A stretch of DNA of 13,234 bases from Candidatus Bipolaricaulia bacterium. Its GTDB lineage: Bacteria > Bipolaricaulota > Bipolaricaulia > JBHIAT01. The notes below the pieces were generated by a model. That model was not told the DNA's origin. It ran no database searches and saw only the letters and a list, made by a program, of their open reading frames with translations. Positions within the stretch are counted from its first letter, which is position 1. Each line of letters starts with the position of its first letter. Below are positions 1 through 7,586 of this stretch, piece by piece. Made by a program: the position numbers and the translations under genes. The stretch covers positions 1-13,234 of the forward strand of contig JBHIAT010000101.1 of assembly GCA_046758705.1 (NCBI GenBank), given 5' to 3'.

Positions 1-22
1 GCATCCGCTACTCCTACTCCTT

Positions 23-54
23 CAAGCCCCGGACTTCAGTCCGGGGTAGTTGAC
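23..54 (+). mobile_element. IS200/IS605-family element end (subterminal hairpin plus TTGAC terminus); rest of element lies left of the window
   Basis: CAAGCCCCGGACTTCAGTCCGGGGTAGTTGAC contains a perfect inverted repeat CCCCGGACT(27-35)/AGTCCGGGG(38-46) followed by TAGTTGAC. + frame 2 is open from the edge and ends ...QAPDFSPG* (TAG 47-49), resembling TnpB C-termini that overlap the right end. Confidence 0.7.
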
Positions 55-67
55 ATGTCGATCGTCG

Positions 68-1756
68 TCATTTCTCTTTTGCCGATTTGTTTTTCTCCAA
101 CATCAGGTCTTCATCCCACTCCTTACGGGCGATCGGCATCCGCCAGCCGGTGCCGAACGCCCGATCGGTAACCTTGATGCCCGGCGCCGCTTGTTTACGC
201 TTGAACTCGGCGGCTTTGACCAGACGCAGAACCCGGTGCACCGTGGCCGGGTCAAACCCCTGGCCGATGATCTCCTCTGCCGACTGGTGCTGTTCGACAT
301 GACGGACCAGAATTTCGTCCAGGATCTCGTAGGGCGGTAAGCTATCTTGATCCGTCTGGTTGGGGCGCAATTCGGCCGAGGGAGCCTTGGTCAGGACCAT
401 TTCAGGAATGATCTCGCGCTTGCGGGTGGTGTTCAACCACCGAGCCAGGCGGTAGACCATCATCTTGGGCACGTCGGAGATCACGGCCAGGCCGCCGGAC
501 ATGTCGCCGTAGATGGTGCTGTAGCCCACTGACAACTCCGACTTGTTCCCCGTGGTCAGCAACAACGCGCCATACTTATTCGAGAGGGCCATGAGCAGGT
601 TGCCACGGATGCGGGCCTGGATGTTCTCTTCGGTAACATCGCGCTCGTAGCCTGCAAAGGCTTCTGTTAGGGTCTCATCGAACGCCTCCATGATGTTGGC
701 GATGGGCAGGGTCAGCGTGCGGATGTCCAGGTTGTTTGTCAGTTGCCGGGCGTCCTCGAGACTGCCCTGGCTGGAGTAGGGCGAAGGCATGAGCACACCG
801 AGCACGTTCTCCGAGCCCACGGCATCCACGGACACCGCAGCGGTCACCGACGAGTCGATGCCGCCGGAGAGCCCCAGCAGGACGCGCGAGAATCCGGTTT
901 TGCGCACGTAGTCACGCGTGCCTAACACCAGCGCGTTCCAGATCTCCACCTCGGGAGTGAAGTCATCTTGGGCGATGGAGCCGTTGAGATGCTCCAGGTC
1001 GACCATGACTAGGTCCTCCTCGAACGGGTGGCCCCGGGCGATCAATTGGCCGTCTGGATCGAAGGCGCAACTGCGCCCGTCGAAGACCAGGTCATCGTTA
1101 CCGCCCACCTGGTTCACGTAGAGCACCGGGACCTGATGCTTGCGCGCCAGGTTGCTCAGCATCTCCTCACGGAATTGTTGCTTGTCAACGGTGAACGGCG
1201 AGGCGGAGAGATTGACGACGATATCGGCCCCGGCGTTCGCCAGCTCTTCTACCGGGTCCACGTGATAGCGTCGCCGCTGCCAGAAATCGCGATCGTTCCA
1301 AACGTCCTCACAGATGGTCACGCCGAGGGTCCGGTCGTTCAACTGGAGGATCTGTAACCCTGAGGCCGGCTCGAAGTAGCGGTCCTCATCGAAGACATCG
1401 TAGGTCGGCAGCAAGCACTTGCGAAATCTGGCCTCGACCTTGCCATCGCGCAGGAGTGTGGCGGTGTTAAACAGCGGTCGCCCCTCGGAGGTGTCATTGG
1501 GTTCGGCCACCCCCACAAGCACGGGCAGAGCTCCTCTCAGGTCCCGTGCCAGACGTTCCAGCACCTGCCAGGCACGATCGATAAACGCACGGTTGAGCAG
1601 CAGGTCCCGGGGGAGGTAGCCGAGGAGGGCCAGCTCCGAAGTCACCACCAGATCGGCTCTGGCACGTGCCGCTTGATGCACGCTGTCGGTAATCTGCTCC
1701 GCGTTGCCGGTCAGATCGCCGACGGTGGGGTTGAACTGCAGCAAAGCGATCTTCAT
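68..1756 (-). CDS. nadE: Glutamine-dependent NAD+ synthetase (562 aa)
   Basis: N-terminal nitrilase-type glutaminase domain with E-K-C triad (TSELALLGY, RKCLLPTYDVFDE, TICEDVW). C-terminal synthetase motifs GLSGGIDSS, ENIQARIRG, TGNKSE, APSAELRPNQTDQDSLPPY. Start moved to ATG 1756 (MKIALLQ) because GGAGGAGG lies at 1768-1761. Confidence 0.97.
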   Translation of the reverse strand: MKIALLQFNPTVGDLTGNAEQITDSVHQAARARADLVVTSELALLGYLPRDLLLNRAFIDRAWQVLERLARDLRGALPVLVGVAEPNDTSEGRPLFNTATLLRDGKVEARFRKCLLPTYDVFDEDRYFEPASGLQILQLNDRTLGVTICEDVWNDRDFWQRRRYHVDPVEELANAGADIVVNLSASPFTVDKQQFREEMLSNLARKHQVPVLYVNQVGGNDDLVFDGRSCAFDPDGQLIARGHPFEEDLVMVDLEHLNGSIAQDDFTPEVEIWNALVLGTRDYVRKTGFSRVLLGLSGGIDSSVTAAVSVDAVGSENVLGVLMPSPYSSQGSLEDARQLTNNLDIRTLTLPIANIMEAFDETLTEAFAGYERDVTEENIQARIRGNLLMALSNKYGALLLTTGNKSELSVGYSTIYGDMSGGLAVISDVPKMMVYRLARWLNTTRKREIIPEMVLTKAPSAELRPNQTDQDSLPPYEILDEILVRHVEQHQSAEEIIGQGFDPATVHRVLRLVKAAEFKRKQAAPGIKVTDRAFGTGWRMPIARKEWDEDLMLEKNKSAKEK

Positions 1757-1774
1757 AAGACCTCCTCCAATCTT

Positions 1775-1803
1775 GTTATACACCCTCATTGGGTGCCGTT
1801 CAA
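1775..1803 (-). promoter_or_regulatory. Putative sigma70-type promoter of nadE
   Basis: TTGAAC (1803-1798), 17-nt spacer, TATAAC (1780-1775), directly upstream of the nadE RBS. Confidence 0.5.
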
Positions 1804-1894
1804 GTCTATGCAGTTTTCCGGGCAAAGTGGGGCTTCGATGATTTACTTCGTACCGCCTAATGATCTGGTAAAGTCTGATGCACTGACTTAAGTC

Positions 1895-2176
1895 CTAGGG
1901 GACAACCTTTACACCTCTCCAGAAGGCAACGTAATTACGAATCTTCTGTGCGGCTTGTTGGGGTTCAGGGTAATACCACGCTGCATCCTTATTGACTTTC
2001 CTATTGACGACGATGTTGTAGTAACTCGCCACGCCTTTCCATGAACATATGGTATGGGTGTCGCTTTCTTGAAAGTATTCTTTGTTGAGAGAATCCAGGG
2101 GAAAATAATGATTCCCTTCGACTACGACGGTTTCGTCGCTCTCTGCTAGCGTCACCTTCTTCCACATTGCTTTCAT
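1895..2176 (-). CDS. DUF427 domain protein (93 aa)
   Basis: Typical motifs VVEGNHYFP, T-x-CSWKGVASYY, AAWYYPEP, IRNYVAFW. RBS AGGAGG at 2191-2186. Confidence 0.92.
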   Translation of the reverse strand: MKAMWKKVTLAESDETVVVEGNHYFPLDSLNKEYFQESDTHTICSWKGVASYYNIVVNRKVNKDAAWYYPEPQQAAQKIRNYVAFWRGVKVVP

Positions 2177-2386
2177 ACGAGTTGACCTCCTAACGTGCCT
2201 GGCTTAACTATGATTAGTATTCAGGAGTAGATAGGAGTTTTCTGTATTGGCTATTACATTATTCAGCGGTGGGATTCCAAGTGGGAATGACTTGTTAGGC
2301 AGTCAGTCACTGAGTTTAATCGAAAAATGGTAGCTGGTTATTTGCATCGATTCTGAATCCGGCCACCGCCTTTATCAAGGTTCAGC

Positions 2387-2423
2387 CAAGAAGACCCCCG
2401 GCTCTAGCCGTGGGGAGTGTCAC
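2387..2423 (+). mobile_element. Orphan IS200/IS605 (tnpB-type) right-end hairpin; remnant or non-autonomous element
   Basis: CAAGAAGACCCCCGGCTCTAGCCGTGGGGAGTGTCAC is nearly identical to the right end of the tnpB element at 12151-12186 (GGAAGCCCCCGGCTTTAGCCGTGGGGAGGATGTCAC). No adjacent transposase or tnpB ORF. Confidence 0.75.
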
Positions 2424-2481
2424 CGGGTTCCATGGAGAACCCGCCTCCGCCCATAGCGATAGATCTGCCTCTGCTTTTCAA

Positions 2482-3192
2482 TCATTTTACCGCGCTGACA
2501 GACAAGAATCCCGGCTGCCTGGATAGTTCTTCATAATCTTGCGGCGCTGCTTGTCTAAATTGCTCCGTCGGTGTGGGTTCGAGTATGCGCTCCAGCCTAA
2601 AACCCGCTTCAAGAAGTGGATTGATCAATGCACCCAGCGGGCGTCGGTAATATGGCACCCGCACGGGTGTGCCGAACCCTCTCCACTCGTAATCCACCAG
2701 CTCGGTCATAAAGTAATTCCCTGTATTGTGCAGCATGAAGTCAGCAAATGGATGGCCGACGGAAAAGACGAAGTGACCGGGCTGGCGCAACATCCGATAG
2801 AATTCCCTGAACACCGACTCCCAATCCCTAACATAGTCTAATGTCAGCGCGCTCAGTACAATGTCAAAGGAGCCAGCCGCTAAGAATTCAAGCGGCTGAC
2901 CGAGGTCGGCCTGCAGTATTCGAGCCTTCGTACCAAGCCGCTGCTTTGCCAGCCGAACCATCTTCGGGCTCACATCAAAGGCCACAACCTCAGCCCCGTG
3001 ATCAGCAAGCCACTCGGCGTATACCCCGGGTCCGCAACCCGCGTCAAGGACCCGTTTTCCCTTGACTTCGGGCAACAAGGACAGCGTCGCCGGGCGTTCA
3101 TAGTACGCGTTGTGCGGCTTGGTATCTACGCGCGCAGCATAAGACTCGGCCAGAGCTTCAAAGGCATCTAAGGCAATCGGCTCTTGATTCAC
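2482..3192 (-). CDS. Class I SAM-dependent methyltransferase (236 aa)
   Basis: Motif I VLDAGCGPG, plus FDVSPKMV and FDIVLSALTLDY. Start placed at GTG 3192 behind GGAGGT. Confidence 0.9.
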   Translation of the reverse strand: MNQEPIALDAFEALAESYAARVDTKPHNAYYERPATLSLLPEVKGKRVLDAGCGPGVYAEWLADHGAEVVAFDVSPKMVRLAKQRLGTKARILQADLGQPLEFLAAGSFDIVLSALTLDYVRDWESVFREFYRMLRQPGHFVFSVGHPFADFMLHNTGNYFMTELVDYEWRGFGTPVRVPYYRRPLGALINPLLEAGFRLERILEPTPTEQFRQAAPQDYEELSRQPGFLSVSAVK

Positions 3193-3211
3193 AACCACCT
3201 CCACGATCAGA

Positions 3212-3634
3212 TCAACTTATCTGGGGCCGGCTAACGGCCCGGAGCCGGACGAGCTCCTCCGTGCCGGGAATCGGCTGACCGGCCATCGCGACGAAGACGG
3301 TGGCCTCCGCCCGGGCGGGCTCGGGGAACGTGATCTCCTGGACCCGCGTGAGGAGATGGATTGACTGGTTGCGAAGGAAGTAGAGGGTGAGAAGCCCCAC
3401 GATGGCCCGCTTGTCCTGCCCGAGGCCGTCGGTGTAGCTCTCCGAGATGAGCTGCTTCAGCGTGTCGAGATCCTTCTTCTCGGCGGCGACCTCGGCCCGT
3501 GTGACGAGTGCGCGCACCTGCGCCTCAGGCGAGTCAGGTTCGGACGAGCAGGAGAAAAGCGATGGAAAGATGAGCCCCAACAGCATCGCGAGGAGAACGT
3601 GGCGTCGCACACGCGTTCGCCAAGCATTCGTCAT
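3212..3634 (-). CDS. Putative lipoprotein (NTF2/SnoaL-like hypothetical), probably C-terminally truncated
   Basis: Basic N-terminus, hydrophobic stretch and lipobox-like LFSC. The body (PEAQVRALV...LISESYTD...YFLRNQSIHLLTR) resembles an NTF2-like conserved hypothetical family and ends abruptly after RLRA. Confidence 0.65.
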   Translation of the reverse strand: MTNAWRTRVRRHVLLAMLLGLIFPSLFSCSSEPDSPEAQVRALVTRAEVAAEKKDLDTLKQLISESYTDGLGQDKRAIVGLLTLYFLRNQSIHLLTRVQEITFPEPARAEATVFVAMAGQPIPGTEELVRLRAVSRPQIS

Positions 3635-3667
3635 GGGCAGGAAATCCCTCGTTGCGCGTGTCCACCG

Positions 3668-4375
3668 CTACTCCTCAACGGCTCCTCCTATCTGTTGCAA
3701 GTGGTTGCGGAATGTGTAGGATGGATCGGTGGATCGTCTATCCAGGTATTCGTCAAACCGAAGCTGCTCACGAAGTGTCTTTCCAGCCTGCATCGCTTCC
3801 GCTTGGCGCCGCTCCGTTTGCCAAATGGTGTGGGCTATAGAGACAAGTTCCTCGGCTTGCTGGCTCGGAGCGAAAAGGACCCCATCCGCGTCAGCAAAAA
3901 CAACATCTTCCCTGTCCACCTTGAAATCGCCGAAGTGAGCCGTGTTGAGTGCTTCCGGATCACGTGGATCAAGCCGTTGAGGACCTGGCGGACACGCGCC
4001 ATAACTGAAGATGGGGAAACCAATCCGTATGAGTTCCGCAGTATCCCGGTTAAAGCCCCAGATAACGATCCCAGCTAATCCGCAGGCTTGAGCCTCCAGA
4101 GCGATTAAATCTCCAATACAGCCTTCATCCGTTCTTCCACGGTTATCTATGACGAGAATATCTCCCGGCTGTGCCGTCTCCATTGCTTCCAGGAAGATAT
4201 CCACGCTCCCGTAATGTTTCACGGGCAGAGCCCGACCGGCGATATGGCTCTCCGCGATTAATGGACGAATGCCCGGAGGGGCCACGCGAACGGGCAACCC
4301 CAAACGCAGGCAAGCATCCGCAATGAGCGGGGTCGAGAGTTTGGAGAACGCATCACTCAAATGTTGATTGTCCAT
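3668..4375 (-). CDS. RraA-family protein (HMG/CHA aldolase-like, 235 aa)
   Basis: Motifs STPLIADA, GDILVIDNRG, GLAGIVIWGFNRD, DVVFADADGVLF. Start at ATG 4375 behind GGAGG (4385-4381). Confidence 0.9.
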   Translation of the reverse strand: MDNQHLSDAFSKLSTPLIADACLRLGLPVRVAPPGIRPLIAESHIAGRALPVKHYGSVDIFLEAMETAQPGDILVIDNRGRTDEGCIGDLIALEAQACGLAGIVIWGFNRDTAELIRIGFPIFSYGACPPGPQRLDPRDPEALNTAHFGDFKVDREDVVFADADGVLFAPSQQAEELVSIAHTIWQTERRQAEAMQAGKTLREQLRFDEYLDRRSTDPSYTFRNHLQQIGGAVEE

Positions 4376-4390
4376 TGAATCCTCCAAATC

Positions 4391-5179
4391 TTAGTCGCTG
4401 AGACCATAGCCGCTTTCGATCAGTTCCTTCAACTGCTGAGTGAATCGCGCTGCCGGAGCGCCGTCAATAATATCATGATCGAAGCTAATCGTAACACTCA
4501 GATATTCACGGATCTCTATTCGCCCGTCAACGACCCCCGGTTTCTCGCCAATGCCGCCGAGGGTAATGCCGAGTGTATGGATAGGCATACCGATCCCCCA
4601 ACCACCCCCTTGTCCGAACATCCCGACTGAGGTTATCCCTACCGTTCCAGCGATTCTCTTGCGAACGTGCGGGCGCTTTGAAAGAATCCGCCAAAAGGAT
4701 CTTCTGATAAAGGTCGGCAGAAACAGATACAGATACCAACCTTTGAAATCCGCTGCCTTTATGGGTTCTGCCGCTTGGGCTGCCCTGATCTCTTGATGGA
4801 TCTCTCTGAAGATCTTTTTGTTCGCCGCTCTGATGATATGGCGGAGGGGGAACGTTCGGTCGCCAACCTCAATCTCGATCATGGTGAGCACGTCCACCTC
4901 GTCAAATAGGATGAGTTGATTCCTCCAGTTCCGATACGCATGTATGTATCTGTCCATATCTACCGCTTGCCCCAAGCAGGCAATGATGAACGCCGTGAAA
5001 GACAGGGACTCTCCGGTTCTGGCCTTGTGTTCACGAATGTACTGGCGAGCCTGGGTTACATCAGCTTCTACCAAACCATGGATCATGTGTCTCCGATGAC
5101 CCATCCACCCGGCATCAACGACCAGGCGCCGCATCTTTGGAAAGGGTTTTGTCTTGTAATCACCGTGGTCCTTTTTCAT
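4391..5179 (-). CDS. Stand-alone 2-oxoacid dehydrogenase acyltransferase (E2 catalytic domain) protein
   Basis: Catalytic motif FDHDIIDGAPAARF, plus GTVGITSVGMFG and LSFTAFII. No lipoyl or E3-binding domain in 262 aa. Confidence 0.88.
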   Translation of the reverse strand: MKKDHGDYKTKPFPKMRRLVVDAGWMGHRRHMIHGLVEADVTQARQYIREHKARTGESLSFTAFIIACLGQAVDMDRYIHAYRNWRNQLILFDEVDVLTMIEIEVGDRTFPLRHIIRAANKKIFREIHQEIRAAQAAEPIKAADFKGWYLYLFLPTFIRRSFWRILSKRPHVRKRIAGTVGITSVGMFGQGGGWGIGMPIHTLGITLGGIGEKPGVVDGRIEIREYLSVTISFDHDIIDGAPAARFTQQLKELIESGYGLSD

Positions 5180-5326
5180 GAATTCAAGAATCCTTCTGGT
5201 GCAAAAGCCATTTGACTACCGACGAGGTGAGTTGCCATCTGGCGATTTTAGAATAGTGGAAAGACACCAGTTCTGGCAAAACTACTGATCTTGTAGCTTA
5301 CTAGGCACTCTTGCGGTTGGTAATGT

Positions 5327-5571
5327 TCACACGACAATCACTGAATTTTTAGAATCTCCATAGGAAGTTGGCGCATATTTTTCAGCGTTCCAATCGTTCT
5401 CCCAACTTTCCCCGCCTATCAGATAACGAAACTGATACTCTCTTCCCAGTTCAAGGTCAATGGTTGCCGTAAAGGACCCGTTTTTTAACCGTTTCATAGG
5501 GGTGGCTTGAGCATCCCAGCCGTTGAACTCACCAACAATATGGACGGTTCTGGCAGATTCAGCCACTTCCT
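5327..5571 (-). pseudogene. 3' fragment of glycogen-binding (isoamylase early-set/CBM48-like) gene interrupted by IS630
   Basis: VHIVGEFNGWD...PMKRLKNGSF...YQFRYLIGGESWEND. Joins in frame to 6743-6806 once the IS and one TA are removed. Confidence 0.9.
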
Positions 5572-5588
5572 TAGTGCATCATTGCAGC

Positions 5589-6682
5589 TCACTCTTTGAG
5601 AGCAGACCCAAGCGGTTCGGTCTGAAAGTGTGCCCATAGTCGCCCCGTTAACTCCTCCACACTCAGTTCCCCATCTGGCTCACACACCTTGCGTTTCGCG
5701 TGAATCCACCGCGGTTCCATCGGGTTCAACCACGGGCTCTGCGTCGGCAGCAAGCGCGGCAACAACCGCACATCCCCGGTCTGCTTGGCCTGCCAGTTGT
5801 ACTTCTTGATCCACCGGCGGACGCGGCGACTCTTGTGCCAGCTGGCCTGATCCCAGATCATCACCACCACGCGTTTCTTCTCCCGATGGGCCACGTCCAG
5901 GAGCTGCTTCAAAAAGACGATCATGTGCTCGCTGTTGGGCTGGCCCTCACAGAAGTAGAGATAGACCTGCCCCGTGTCCGCCCGCACCCCTCCAAAACAG
6001 GCGATCGCTTTCTGCTCTTCCTTGGGGGGCGGGTCGCGCTGGACCAAGTGCAGGGGATCACCGTCCGGTGCCCACGCAGAGGCCTGCGGCTGAGCGAACC
6101 GGGAGAACCAACATTCATCCTCGTCCACTACCAACCAATCCTCATGGTCTCGCGCCCACGCTTTCAGCTGATCTCGACGTTTTTTTTCACCGCATACTGG
6201 GGATCCGGACTGTTGATCCAGTGTTTGGCCCGGTGCCAACGAATGCCCTCAGCCTGTAACGCCCGACTGATGGTCGTCGGATGGACTAATTCGACGGTCA
6301 ATCCCTCCTTGAAGCACACCTTTGCTAACCCCTCCAGCGACCACAGACTGGTTTCATAGCCAAAGGTGCGCGGCGATTGGTGCACGATCTCTTGGAGCCG
6401 GGCTCGGGCGGTGTCATCCAAGGCGCGTTGGTCGTCATGGCGGGCGCGGGACTGCTCGTGGAGACAAGCGAGCCCATCCGTCTCAAACGCATGGAGGGTG
6501 TCTCGGACACACTGGTCACTGCAGCGGAACCGCTGCGCAATTTGCCGGGGGTTAAGGCGGTCATCTGAGCTGATGAGCAAGATCTGGCAGCGACGGACGG
6601 TAAAGGCAGAGGGGGATCGCAAACCGCGTTGGAGTTCGGCTCGTTCTTCGGGGGTCAGCTGACGCACATAGAGAGGTCTCAT
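5589..6682 (-). CDS. IS630 transposase, two ORFs joined by a -1 frameshift (fusion about 364 aa)
   Basis: ORF A (ATG 6682, MRPLYVR...) carries HTH domains and ends SPDPQYAVKK. ORF B continues KKRRDQL... with DDE residues in DEDECWF, IWDQASWH and WLNPMEPRW. ORF B is in the -1 frame relative to ORF A. Confidence 0.9.
6180..6187 (-). other. A8 slippery site for transposase frameshift
   Basis: GTG AAAAAAAA CGTC on the minus strand, in the overlap of the two transposase ORFs. A-runs at this position are typical of IS630 elements. Confidence 0.8.
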
Positions 6683-6742
6683 AGTATCTCTATGAAACAC
6701 GATAGTTGCCCTTTATTCAAGTGTGGTGTTGCAGCCTTGCAT

Positions 6743-6806
6743 TAGGCAACCTAAAAGTGACTTTGCATACAGGCTTGCTTTTGAGATATCGTTTTTTGAT
6801 ACTCAT
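6743..6806 (-). pseudogene. 5' fragment of the IS630-interrupted glycogen-binding domain gene (not in ORF track)
   Basis: RBS AGGAGG, then ATG 6806 giving MSIKKRYLKSKPVCKVTFRLP. Rejoined junction TTG CCT AAG GAA GTG GCT gives a 102-aa protein. Confidence 0.9.
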
Positions 6807-6872
6807 GATAATCTCCTCCTTGAGAGATTTCATGTGGGTTGAAATAATTTTATAGGTGTCAGGCATAATAAT

Positions 6873-7586
6873 TCAAGCTTGCTCACTTGCTCGCTTGACC
6901 GGGTGGGCAAAGAAATTGCCCAGTAGCCGATAAGCGAGTGCTTTCATCTGTGGCTCGTGGGTCTTACACTCCGCCACAACCATTGCTTTGGTCTTGTGGA
7001 CCCGTTGCGATTCATCGTCATACTGGTCAGCCCAGTTTGCCGCATCCTGGGCCGTAACTTCCAGATGAAACTGCACTGCTACGGCATGCTTGTACCGGAA
7101 CAGCTGATTCGGACAATCTTCCCCCTTGACTAAGCGTCTGGTGCCAGCGGGAATATCAAAGGCGTCACCGTGCCAATGGAATACCGGGAACTTGTTTGGG
7201 AATCCGTTCAAGAGCGGATCTTTCTCACCCCAGGAGGTCAGATGCACTTCGTATACGCCAATCTCCATACGCGGGTTCCTCCGGACTTGGGCACCCAGTA
7301 GCCGGGCGAGCAGTTGGCCGCCGAAACAGATCCCGAAATAGGGCGCATCGGCCCGGACCACGTTTTTCAAATAGCGCCATTCCCTTCTGAGAAATGGATG
7401 TCTGTGCACCTCATAGGCTGAGATCGGTGTCCCGCCTACAATAAAGGCGTCATATCTGCGCATCTGAGGAAAGCGCTCGCCGTGGTAAGCGTGGAAGACC
7501 TCGTAATCGATGTGGTGATCGATAAGATACTGTTCGTACAACCCAACTCGCTCGGTGGCACAATTCTGAATGATGAGAACCCTCAT
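6873..7586 (-). CDS. Type 1 glutamine amidotransferase (GMP synthase-like GATase domain)
   Basis: Nucleophile elbow GICFGGQ, FHWHGDAF and QFHLE (Cys-His-Glu triad). Start overlaps the upstream stop (ATGA at 7586-7583). Confidence 0.9.
   Translation of the reverse strand: MRVLIIQNCATERVGLYEQYLIDHHIDYEVFHAYHGERFPQMRRYDAFIVGGTPISAYEVHRHPFLRREWRYLKNVVRADAPYFGICFGGQLLARLLGAQVRRNPRMEIGVYEVHLTSWGEKDPLLNGFPNKFPVFHWHGDAFDIPAGTRRLVKGEDCPNQLFRYKHAVAVQFHLEVTAQDAANWADQYDDESQRVHKTKAMVVAECKTHEPQMKALAYRLLGNFFAHPVKRASEQA

Larger units (their letters stand above)
5574..6742 (-). mobile_element. Complete IS630-family insertion sequence (1169 bp)
   Basis: Flanked by duplicated TA (5572-5573 and 6743-6744). Imperfect terminal inverted repeats ATGCAAGGCTGCAAC versus GTGCATCATTGCAGC. 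Encodes an HTH plus DDE transposase. Confidence 0.92.

Noticed and set aside
1871..1894. AAGTC-N9-GACTT and GACTTAAGTC palindromes as an NrtR-like operator for nadE
   Set aside because: Short arms, poor match to the NrtR consensus flanks, and distant from the putative promoter.
5327..5566. 79-aa ORF as an independent gene
   Set aside because: It is the 3' fragment of the IS630-split gene, and its GTG has no properly spaced RBS.
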